A stretch of DNA of 43,180 bases from a virus, in the IMG/VR virus record IMGVR_UViG_3300045591_000031, one strand, 5' to 3'. Positions within the stretch are counted from its first letter, which is position 1. Each line of letters opens with the position of its first letter. This document shows positions 15,885 to 23,684 of the stretch, piece by piece. The position numbers and the translations under genes were made by a program. The notes under the pieces are model-generated. The model saw nothing but the letters and a program-made list of their open reading frames with translations. It was not told where the DNA came from and searched no databases.

Positions 15885-17424
15885 CTTCCTCACCTCCCTG
15901 CTGCGTAGTGCCTTTATCATCAACAGGCTTCACGCCCGCTGTAAGCAGTATGTCTGTTAAGTCAATGCCAAGTTTGCCCGCATACTTAAACGCCTCACTG
16001 GTCTCATCCAGCACATCCTTCCAGTTGCATCCGCTCTCTGCGCAGAGCTGCTGGAATGTCTTCTGACCGGATTTAAGTGCGGTCACGTTGGCGTTGGCTT
16101 CCTTAACCGGATCGATCCACTTTTTCGCCGGCATAATCCAGGCATGCGACAAATATTTATCTTTGTCTTCCCAGAAATCACTGATCTCCACCTTACCGGA
16201 GAGAACCAGCGAGATCACAAAGGTCTCATAGATCTCATCCAAAACAGCCTCAAGGCTCTCCTGCTCCGCGGCGAAGGTCCGCTCATCCTCAATGGCAGAC
16301 TGCCGTGCGGATGAGTAATTGGTCTCTGACATGTCCCGGCTGACAGCCTCATAAGACATGCCCTGACCAGCCGCCAGCATTTTCTGCTGGAGCTTGACAA
16401 ACTCTGCAGCATTCTGTGCCTGTCCGGATGGATTGACCGATACTGGCTCTTCGCCAGCCGGAAGCTCCTGCATCATGCCAGGAGAAAGTGTCTTACCGAG
16501 ATATCCACCGGAGTCCTCTGTCTTAACTCCTGATCTTCCAAAGCCCATGCCCGCCGTGGTCTGCGGCTTAAAAAAGACCGCAAAGCACGCCTGGATGCGT
16601 TCCTTAACTGCAACTGCTTCCAGGTACTGGTTGACGTCTCTGATCCTTGTGATCGTAGGAGACATGTCTGACATCTCTCTGATCTGAGACGGACGTGTCT
16701 TGGTAAAGTAAAAGATCACATCATCCGCAGGGATAAAGACGCTGTCCACCTCTTGCATGCCAGTGATATCGTACTGGCGGAACCAGTAGCCCTTCGGGCG
16801 GTTCCAGGAGTTATACTCAATTCCTCCGACGACCGTGTTCCCTTTGTACTTCGGCGCCATCCGTGTCTCATCCAGCTCATCTACTTCAAAAATCTGAAGT
16901 TTGAATGGGATGAATCCGTCATTTTTCGGAGTGAAACGCTTTACAATCAGGATGCCGCCATCGACTTTCTTGCGTCTGACGCACATCCGGATCATCTCGT
17001 CAAAGCTCTGCGCCCCGGTGACATCACAGTTTCTTGCTTTCTTCCACTTCTTCCAGGCGGCTTCGATCTGCTTATTCAGCTTTGTGTAATCTTTTTTCTC
17101 GCCGTCTCCAACCTTTGCCTGAAGCTCCCACCCGGGGCCGTATACGCTCCGGACAACCGCATCGATCACGGCATTCATCTGATCAGAATTCCGCTCAAGG
17201 TCTCTTGCACGTGCCCTCACGCGGTTTCTGTCCCATTTGTCTGTCTGTTCTCCAGATTCATTGACTGCTCTCCAGTAATGGTTCCGTGCCCCGCCGTCTC
17301 CGCTGTCATAATTCCAGCTCCGGCGGATCTCATCTGCCATATACCTATTAGCCATCCGCTTGACTCCCCAGCCCGGGAATGCCGCAAGGATAGCACGGTC
17401 AAGCCAGCTCCCTTTTTTGCTCAT
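15775..17424 (-). CDS. Portal protein, lambda-family (549 aa)
   Basis: Size, position after terL/gpW, and the region NHYWRAVNESGEQTDKWDRNRVRARARDLERNSDQMNAVIDAV, typical of lambda gpB-family portals. Confidence 0.85.
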   Translation of the reverse strand: MSKKGSWLDRAILAAFPGWGVKRMANRYMADEIRRSWNYDSGDGGARNHYWRAVNESGEQTDKWDRNRVRARARDLERNSDQMNAVIDAVVRSVYGPGWELQAKVGDGEKKDYTKLNKQIEAAWKKWKKARNCDVTGAQSFDEMIRMCVRRKKVDGGILIVKRFTPKNDGFIPFKLQIFEVDELDETRMAPKYKGNTVVGGIEYNSWNRPKGYWFRQYDITGMQEVDSVFIPADDVIFYFTKTRPSQIREMSDMSPTITRIRDVNQYLEAVAVKERIQACFAVFFKPQTTAGMGFGRSGVKTEDSGGYLGKTLSPGMMQELPAGEEPVSVNPSGQAQNAAEFVKLQQKMLAAGQGMSYEAVSRDMSETNYSSARQSAIEDERTFAAEQESLEAVLDEIYETFVISLVLSGKVEISDFWEDKDKYLSHAWIMPAKKWIDPVKEANANVTALKSGQKTFQQLCAESGCNWKDVLDETSEAFKYAGKLGIDLTDILLTAGVKPVDDKGTTQQGGEEDEPKKPEEDGGNSPDESNAGGDQSDVGGSGKPDVSD

Positions 17425-17427
17425 CCC

Positions 17428-17649
17428 TTACCTCCCGCTGAAAAGTGCGATGCTTGCGCCGGGAATCCCGGCATCCATTTCCGCGCTGCCCTGCTCAGTT
17501 ACAAGCTGATTTCTGAGGCTGACAAGCTCCTTCAAATCGGCACGGGTAAGTGACCTGGTGCCGATCTTATAGCTTTGTCCACCCTCCAGGATCGCGTTGA
17601 TGGCATCTTCTACCTGGCTAAGGGTCAGTCCTGTAATGCTGTCAGCCAT
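17428..17649 (-). CDS. Head-tail joining protein, lambda gpW-like
   Basis: A protein of about 73 aa between terL and portal (MADSITGLTLSQVEDAINAILEGGQSYKIGTRSLTRADLKEL). Start placed at the second ATG. Confidence 0.55.
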   Translation of the reverse strand: MADSITGLTLSQVEDAINAILEGGQSYKIGTRSLTRADLKELVSLRNQLVTEQGSAEMDAGIPGASIALFSGR

Positions 17650-17709
17650 ACTGCATCTCCTATCCAACTAAAAAGATCCAGGCGATCACAATCGCAAGGA
17701 TCCAGATTG

Positions 17710-19572
17710 TTATATCCAATTCGTATTGTTAGGCAGCCAGAGATTCATGCTCTGCTCTCTTTGCGTCTGCTGGCTCATCTGCTGCCGTTTCTTCTCTGCC
17801 TCTTCAGCCTGCTCCTCCTCCAGGTACAGGGTCCGGGCGCCCAGCATATCCGCAGCACAGGCGCTATACACCTCGCAGTCCAGATAATGGTTATCCGCAT
17901 GCGATGTCTTAGGCACCCACTGCGGAGCCGGCCGGCCTTTGACTTTGATCTTATGCTCGGCTGTCACCTGCTCCGCGTACTCCCGATCGCATCCCCTGTA
18001 GACGGTCCATGACCCCTGGATACCTGCCCGACGCCTCATCCTGGAGGCGATCAGGTCCTTATACCGGCCCGTGTCCACCAGGATCAGCCGCAGTCCGTAA
18101 GAGTCGATATTGCTCTCGACCTTGCTCACCCGGTAGTAATCCGCAATGGCAGCCCGAGCATTACCTCTGCATGGCAGCGCCCACTCTATATTTTGCAGGC
18201 AGTACTCGTAGATGTCATCTGTCGCAAAACCGGAGTCGATCAGGCAGAGCTGCACGGTCATCCGCCGGCTGCTCTCTGTCCGGTACTCCAAATTCATTGC
18301 CCTGGTGATCTCATCCAGCGAAACTGCTTGACCATGAGCGATGTTCTGGGACGTCATAAATTTGCCCCAGGCCCTGATTGTCCAGTACAGGCAATTCTGC
18401 TGCACATCGACGCCTCCGGTCAGGATCTCTGTCCACTCCGGCAGCGTGTACTTCGGCAGATCGGTCTGTCTTTCCAGCACCATATCCGCACTGGTCTTGA
18501 TCTGCGTATCTTCCCAAGGCTCCGCCAACCACGAGTTAACAAAGTTCTGCAGTTTGTCCGGATCATCTTTCGATGTCAAAAATTCAAAAGCGACGTCGCT
18601 AAATCTCACGAACGGAGAGTACAACGTGTTCATCCAGAAGCCCACAGACCGGACGTTATCGGTCTTCGTCTCAACGGCTTTCCATTTGCCCCTCCGGAGC
18701 ATGCCTGGCTTGTCCGAGTCCTTGATCAGGCATCCGCACTTCTGGCAGGCGTACACCGCAGTGTCCGCCCGATCACGGAAGGACAGTGATTTATCATCAG
18801 AATATCGCACATTGGAAAACTTAAGCTCTATCATCTCTCCGCAATGAGGACACGGCACGAAAAAATGCCTGATCTCATCGGAGGACTGCAGGCTCTTCCA
18901 GATGTGCCCCGTTTTCAGGGTCGGCGTGGATGTGATATAGATCTTACTGTTTGCGTAAGTCTTTGTTCGCTCCTTTGCCAGGGAAATTGGATCCGCTTCC
19001 TTATTGCTGGCTCCGGGGTACTTGTCGACCTCGTCCATCAGCAGGTACCGGATTGGCTTTGACGCAAGAGCACTCGGCGAGTTCGCCCAGGCAAGCGTCA
19101 GATTCATGGTGCTGAAATGCAGCTCCATGTCTGTGGACCTATACTCATCCCACTTATCCTTGATCGCGGGAGACAGCCTCAGCATCGGCTGGATCCTCTC
19201 TTCGCTGGTGGACGTGCCCAGGATCTCCGTAGGGTAAACTACCATAGCAGGGCCCGGATCCTGAGCGATCATGTAGCCGAGCATGTTCTGCATGGCTTCC
19301 GTGCCGCCAACCTGCGTAGGCTTACAAAAAGTGATCCTCTCGACTGCGTACTCGTTAAAAGCATCCATGACACCAACCAAATAAGGGGTGACCTCATTTC
19401 TCCAGTGGCCTGGGCGTGCGGAAGTCTTATCATCAAGGATCCTGTACTTCTCCGCCCATTCGGAGACTGTGAGCTTCTCCGGAGGCCGTAAAATCTCCAG
19501 GGCCTCCCTGATATAAGGTGGCACTGAGTATGGCTTGATTCTGATCTTACTTTTTCGAGCCACGCTTAGCAC
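17710..19572 (-). CDS. terL: Terminase large subunit, lambda GpA-like (620 aa; exact start uncertain, GTG)
   Basis: GpA-family features: WAEKYRILDDKTSARPGHWRNEVTPYLVGVMDAF, KPTQVGGTEA (Walker A-like), LLMDEVDKY (Walker B), and a Cys cluster CPHCG...CQKCG. Confidence 0.9.
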   Translation of the reverse strand: MLSVARKSKIRIKPYSVPPYIREALEILRPPEKLTVSEWAEKYRILDDKTSARPGHWRNEVTPYLVGVMDAFNEYAVERITFCKPTQVGGTEAMQNMLGYMIAQDPGPAMVVYPTEILGTSTSEERIQPMLRLSPAIKDKWDEYRSTDMELHFSTMNLTLAWANSPSALASKPIRYLLMDEVDKYPGASNKEADPISLAKERTKTYANSKIYITSTPTLKTGHIWKSLQSSDEIRHFFVPCPHCGEMIELKFSNVRYSDDKSLSFRDRADTAVYACQKCGCLIKDSDKPGMLRRGKWKAVETKTDNVRSVGFWMNTLYSPFVRFSDVAFEFLTSKDDPDKLQNFVNSWLAEPWEDTQIKTSADMVLERQTDLPKYTLPEWTEILTGGVDVQQNCLYWTIRAWGKFMTSQNIAHGQAVSLDEITRAMNLEYRTESSRRMTVQLCLIDSGFATDDIYEYCLQNIEWALPCRGNARAAIADYYRVSKVESNIDSYGLRLILVDTGRYKDLIASRMRRRAGIQGSWTVYRGCDREYAEQVTAEHKIKVKGRPAPQWVPKTSHADNHYLDCEVYSACAADMLGARTLYLEEEQAEEAEKKRQQMSQQTQREQSMNLWLPNNTNWI

Positions 19573-20098
19573 CTGCCTTGTCTGGAGTGTTTCCAGCGAC
19601 GACGAAGGTCTCCATCGTCCGGTTGAGCTCGTCGGAGAGGTCTTTTTCAGCCTTGCGGGCTGTCACCGGATCCGCGTAGTCAGCAAGCATACCAGCAACT
19701 CTCCCCGGAATGGCGTTGATCGTGCTCTTGAGCACCTTGAAAAACTCCACATAGTCGTCCTGGACGGTCTCAACCTCAATGATCGAGCCCTCGAAGAGCC
19801 TTGTCTTCATCTCGTGAAGCTCGCCCTGCGATTCTTTCAGCGCGATTTCCGCTTCCAGCTTCTGCTTCTTGAGCTTCGCCTCAAGGTCCTGCTGGTCTTT
19901 GCCCTTCTCGCCGCTTCGGATAAAGGCCACATATGCCTGCACGGCATCACAGAGGTTGTACTTGAGCGAGCGGTTCTTGCTGATGCTGGTCAAGATCCCG
20001 TCGCTTGTCAGGCGCTGAATCGTTCTGGTAGTCACACCAAGCAGCTGAGCCAGTGTCGCAGAATTCACTTCTTCAGTTTTTACCTGATTTTGCCTCAA
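19547..20098 (-). CDS. terS: Terminase small subunit, Nu1-like HTH (183 aa; TTG start in ORF track, start uncertain)
   Basis: N-terminal HTH (ATLAQLLGVTTRTIQRLTSDGIL) followed by a coiled coil. Overlaps terL by 26 nt. Confidence 0.65.
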   Translation of the reverse strand: MRQNQVKTEEVNSATLAQLLGVTTRTIQRLTSDGILTSISKNRSLKYNLCDAVQAYVAFIRSGEKGKDQQDLEAKLKKQKLEAEIALKESQGELHEMKTRLFEGSIIEVETVQDDYVEFFKVLKSTINAIPGRVAGMLADYADPVTARKAEKDLSDELNRTMETFVVAGNTPDKAGAKRGSKK

Positions 20099-20840
20099 AA
20101 AATGTAGCCTTCCTTCAAAGTTTTTAACTATTTATGTATATTTTCCAGAAATATCGATGCGATACCCCGGAAAAAATTTCAAATTTTTGGAGCCAAAGGA
20201 TGGGCCTTCCTCGCCCCGCTTTTCGACCCCTCCAGACAGTACCTACCACGCCCGAAAACTTTTAAGGTCCCGTTCCCCTGCGCCCTGTGTAACAAAACAG
20301 GGAAGCTTGCAGCTCTGTGTGCACACTTCCCATCTTTTTAGTCTTGTTATTTAAAAGCAGAGAGCTGATTGATTCTATCTTTGGAGGAGAATACTCGAAA
20401 TAACAGTAATTTGCTTCTATGGACTCGGCATCGCTCTCTGCTTTTATGCAATTGATAAACCTCTGCAGCTCCCAAGCAATAGCTGCAGAGGTGGTAACGA
20501 TAAGCCCTGTCAGCCTCCTCGGCTGCACGGACATGATGAAGAGGCATGCAGCGGGCTCTGGCCCGACTCTTCCCTCAATCTGTAATTGCACTCGGCGGCC
20601 ACATCTGCATGCCTCATCCAGTAAATTTATGTGACGCAGCCGCATCTTAGATATTGTGCGGGAAGCCAGGTTGCCTTTGCTCCGGCTCTCTGACATGTCA
20701 GGCAGGCCTTTCGGCCTGCCTTAATTCGAAAGGAGGTTTTAAATGAAAAACAATGACAAAAGAAAACACCGACTCACTCTTATCCTCTCGCCCCACTTTA
20801 CACTATATAGCGGAGGTACCCGGCAATGGGAGGAAAAAGT

Positions 20841-21245
20841 TCAGCCCTCCGGAAAAAGTTTCCCCATCACCTGGCTATGCCTCCATCTTGCCGTGCGCTC
20901 TCCCACATGCAGGAGCGATGCTACCTCCTCCCAGGTATAGCAGTAGATATACCTGTAGTCTAAGAGCTCCCGCTCCTCCAGTGTCAAATCGCACGAAGCG
21001 AAAAACTGGCTGGCCTGTTTCCTCATCTGGTCAAGCTCCTTCCTCTCCCCAGCCACCTCCCGCTCCAGGTCGATGATGCTGTCGGACAAAACCATCGACC
21101 GGTCAATCGCTGATGTCTGCACCCTCTCGGATGTCTGCATTGCTGGGACAGATGTGCTCTTTTGTTTTAAATACCGCAGCCGGTCCAGATGCTTGCTGAT
21201 CCTGACGGCCGCTGCAGGTATTGCTCTGATCTCTTCCTGTGTCAC
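20841..21245 (-). CDS. Late-gene transcriptional regulator, sigma-70 region-4-like / ArpU-RinA-like (134 aa)
   Basis: The C-terminus LTLEERELLDYRYIYCYTWEEVASLLHVGERTARWRHSQVMGKL has the region-4 HTH pattern. It is the last gene before the packaging module. Confidence 0.55.
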   Translation of the reverse strand: MTQEEIRAIPAAAVRISKHLDRLRYLKQKSTSVPAMQTSERVQTSAIDRSMVLSDSIIDLEREVAGERKELDQMRKQASQFFASCDLTLEERELLDYRYIYCYTWEEVASLLHVGERTARWRHSQVMGKLFPEG

Positions 21246-21283
21246 CTCATCACCTCACTTTCTCGTGCCATGACACCACTTGT

Positions 21284-21679
21284 TTAACGATCCCACTGCC
21301 TGCTCATGACCTCGATCAATCTGGCCTTCCAGAGTGCGCTGGCCTTCACATCCTCCAGCTCCTTCTCAGGCTCTTCTGTTTCCTCGGCTTCTTTCTCAGG
21401 CTCTTCTGTTTCCTCGGCTTCTTCTTCGGCATGGAGCCCGGAAAGCTCCCAGTTGATATAGACCATCGCCTTCTGGAGATCCTCGGCTCCGCCTTTTTTG
21501 TCTGCCCGGATCAGATACTTCAGGGCATTCCCCCGGCAGAATTTCCGGAAGCCTTCCGGACCCAGCACGGCCTGGACTACATCGATCGACTCTACCGGGA
21601 GCCCCGGCAAATCATAATGCGCCGGATGCTTCACATTATCCCTCATGTCTTCCTTGCTTTCTGTCTCATCTGCTTTCAT
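21284..21679 (-). CDS. DUF3310-family protein with an internally duplicated acidic segment (131 aa)
   Basis: KHPAHYDLPG...ESIDVV...FCRGNALKYLIRADKKGGAEDLQKAMVYINWEL matches the DUF3310 pattern. A 30-bp x2 repeat encodes EAEETEEPEK twice. Confidence 0.6.
   Translation of the reverse strand: MKADETESKEDMRDNVKHPAHYDLPGLPVESIDVVQAVLGPEGFRKFCRGNALKYLIRADKKGGAEDLQKAMVYINWELSGLHAEEEAEETEEPEKEAEETEEPEKELEDVKASALWKARLIEVMSRQWDR
21363..21423. repeat. Exact 30-bp tandem duplication (2.0 copies)
   Basis: ttctcaggctcttctgtttcctcggcttct occurs at 21363 and again at 21393. Confidence 0.9.
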
Positions 21680-21861
21680 AGTTGTCCTTTCTTGTGTCTT
21701 CTCATCACATCTGCAACATACTCATCATATTCGTTCCTGTGTCGCTGCCCGGCTCGGCGCTCCTCTCGCCACCGGAGATACCGCTCACAGGTATCGTGGC
21801 AGTTCGGTTCTATCCGTTTCCCCAGCCACCAGTTACAGTCGCCGCATGGCGGATATTTCAT
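21676..21861 (-). CDS. Small Cys-rich protein (61 aa), paralogue of 23427..23633
   Basis: PPCGDCNWW...C..C..YL.W.EE...R. The same spacing is seen in PPCGNCRRE...C..C..WL in the 68-aa ORF. Confidence 0.5.
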   Translation of the reverse strand: MKYPPCGDCNWWLGKRIEPNCHDTCERYLRWREERRAGQRHRNEYDEYVADVMRRHKKGQL

Positions 21862-22388
21862 TTCTTATCACCTTCCTGGTTTCGCGCTGGGAACGCCTCC
21901 GGATGGCTTCTCCGGTACTTGCAGAATGTCTCTTTACTCAGCTGCTTCGACCCGTCCAGCCTGAGTTCCTCTACGATCTTATCCTCCGACCATCCTGCCT
22001 TCCAGAGTGCACTGGCTTTTCCGGTGTCCCAGGTTACCTTTCTGCCGGCATGCGATTTCTGTTTCGCCGCTTTAGGCTCTTTGCTGTTATTTTTTTCCAC
22101 ATCTGGCATTTCTTCTCCCTTGCCGGCCACCTGACCCGGCGTTTCGCCGACTGAGGGGGTAACGTTTTGGGTGACCCCTGAAAAGGTCTCAGCCCTGTCA
22201 ACTGGCTGCAGCGCCGGGCTATCCTGCAGGGCTTCCCGGTACCAGCCTTCCAGAATCAACCCCTTAAGGTAGGCCGTCCTCTCTTCCGGCTTAAGGTCAG
22301 CGCATACCGCTTCGATCGTCATCAGTCGTTCTTTCATGCTCAGTAACTCCATGTGATCCTCCTGTTCGTTTACGCTCAGTAACTCCAT
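21858..22388 (-). CDS. Hypothetical early protein with C-terminal HTH-like GKASALWKAGWSEDKIVEEL motif
   Basis: The ORF track begins at 22436. AGGAGGatcacATG occurs twice (ATG at 22388 and 22352) because the RBS and start lie inside a 36-bp tandem duplication. Confidence 0.5.
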   Translation of the reverse strand: MELLSVNEQEDHMELLSMKERLMTIEAVCADLKPEERTAYLKGLILEGWYREALQDSPALQPVDRAETFSGVTQNVTPSVGETPGQVAGKGEEMPDVEKNNSKEPKAAKQKSHAGRKVTWDTGKASALWKAGWSEDKIVEELRLDGSKQLSKETFCKYRRSHPEAFPARNQEGDKK

Positions 22389-22608
22389 GTGATCCTCCTG
22401 TTCGTTTACGCTTAACTTTTTTCGCTTTCGCTTCACTTTTTTCGCTTACGCTTCTCAGCCATTCGTATATAAACTGGGTACGTGGTACGTGGTTATCATC
22501 ATTGTAAAAGCACTCCCCCCAAACAGGACACATATGACAATCCATCCTATCGCACAACCAATTCGCAAGCGTGCGTTCGTCCTGCGTAATCATTTCGAAG
22601 TTCGTCAT
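22297..22608 (-). CDS. Small Cys-containing hypothetical protein (103 aa); the C-terminus reads through the 36-bp duplication
   Basis: The N-terminal two thirds look like a real protein (MTNFEMITQDERTLANWLCDRMDCHMCPVWGECFYNDDNH...). The tail contains RKRTGGSHGVTE twice. Confidence 0.5.
   Translation of the reverse strand: MTNFEMITQDERTLANWLCDRMDCHMCPVWGECFYNDDNHVPRTQFIYEWLRSVSEKSEAKAKKVKRKRTGGSHGVTERKRTGGSHGVTEHERTTDDDRSGMR
22338..22412. repeat. Exact 36-bp tandem duplication (about 2.1 copies)
   Basis: gctcagtaactccatgtgatcctcctgttcgtttac occurs at 22338 and again at 22374. Confidence 0.9.
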
Positions 22609-22614
22609 TACTCT

Positions 22615-23424
22615 TCACCTCTTGTCACTAAGCCACCAGCTGAATACCTCTTCACCTGTTTTCCAGTTCGTTTCTAATCCAGCTTTATTGCGCTCTTCAA
22701 TCATTCTTTCAAATGCTCTGAAATATAACTTTTTTATTTTAGGCCATCGATTAAGTTCATTTTTTTGTCTTGTTGACATGGGACAACCAACACATCCCAG
22801 CCGTTCAAATCCTTCATCATACAGTCTGCAATAGGGAATGTTATATTCGTGTATAAATTCCCACACATCGTCCGTGCTCCAGTCTATAATCGGATTCAGT
22901 ATCCTTTGTGCTTTTGTCGGGCATATGTGTATTAGTTCCTGCGATGGGTTATCCGGGTCTAACATCTCTCTTTTGCAGGTTTTCGTGTCACCTAACTCCA
23001 ACCCACTTCGGCCTTTCCGTTTTGCTGATTCTGCTTGTCTAACGCCCGTAACAACAAATCGTCCTTTCCCATTCCCTTCTTTAAGATACTGGCAACAATA
23101 TCTTACGATTCTTGTCGGCGGCATCTTCTTCCGTGGTATTAAGTTCCACATTGTAACTACTTTTCCATCACGGTCTGTCGGATAGTCAAATATAACATCT
23201 TCAAACGTCTTCACAAACTGCACCAGCTCTGGTGGGTCAACCGATGTCACATTATAATGTGCATCATACTTGATACCGGCCATATCCATTAACGCCTTAA
23301 CCGTTACGGAATCTTTTCCGCCTGAAAAGGCTAAATAGTAACCTTCTTCCGGCTCAAACGTCTGCAACCTTTCAATCGCCTGTTGTACTCTATCTTTCCC
23401 GTAGATATTCATCTGATGCAACAT
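22615..23424 (-). CDS. PAPS reductase / PP-loop ATP-pyrophosphatase family protein (269 aa)
   Basis: PP-loop LAFSGGKDS. C-terminal Cys motif LGCVGCPM. Clearly more AT-rich than the neighbouring genes. Confidence 0.85.
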   Translation of the reverse strand: MLHQMNIYGKDRVQQAIERLQTFEPEEGYYLAFSGGKDSVTVKALMDMAGIKYDAHYNVTSVDPPELVQFVKTFEDVIFDYPTDRDGKVVTMWNLIPRKKMPPTRIVRYCCQYLKEGNGKGRFVVTGVRQAESAKRKGRSGLELGDTKTCKREMLDPDNPSQELIHICPTKAQRILNPIIDWSTDDVWEFIHEYNIPYCRLYDEGFERLGCVGCPMSTRQKNELNRWPKIKKLYFRAFERMIEERNKAGLETNWKTGEEVFSWWLSDKR

Positions 23425-23426
23425 AG

Positions 23427-23633
23427 CTAATCACGATCCTCCCGGCTTTCAATCAGCTTTTCCTTTTTGATCCGATCCCGCCGCCTTACAAACGCCTGAT
23501 ATTCAAGCGCATAATCAAGCCACTTGTTACAATCCCTGTAGCAGTCCAAATATACCCGCTCTCTTCTGCAATTTCCGCAGGGCGGAGTCGGCGGCACCAG
23601 ATTGTACTCACTGCATTTTCTTATCTCCAACAT
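23427..23633 (-). CDS. Small Cys-rich protein (68 aa), paralogue of 21676..21861
   Basis: PPCGNCRRERVYLDCYRDCNKWLDY...RRRDR. Confidence 0.5.
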   Translation of the reverse strand: MLEIRKCSEYNLVPPTPPCGNCRRERVYLDCYRDCNKWLDYALEYQAFVRRRDRIKKEKLIESREDRD

Positions 23634-23684
23634 TTTCTCCTTTCATCCTCATTAACTCGTTGCTTATCTCTCTAAAAATGTCGG

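Noticed and set aside
20262-20696. 144-aa minus-strand ORF as a real gene (for example an HNH endonuclease next to the terminase)
   Set aside because: There is no SD. The ATG abuts a 9-bp hairpin. No HNH or other motif is present and the composition is atypical. The region is better explained as non-coding cos/late-promoter DNA, but this is not proven.
20743-20940. 65-aa plus-strand ORF with a perfect AAAGGAGG-N7-ATG
   Set aside because: It would be the only plus-strand gene in the late region. It overlaps the 3' end of the late-regulator gene by 100 nt, and its product is low-complexity. The strong SD is probably fortuitous, but ribosome profiling would be worth a glance.
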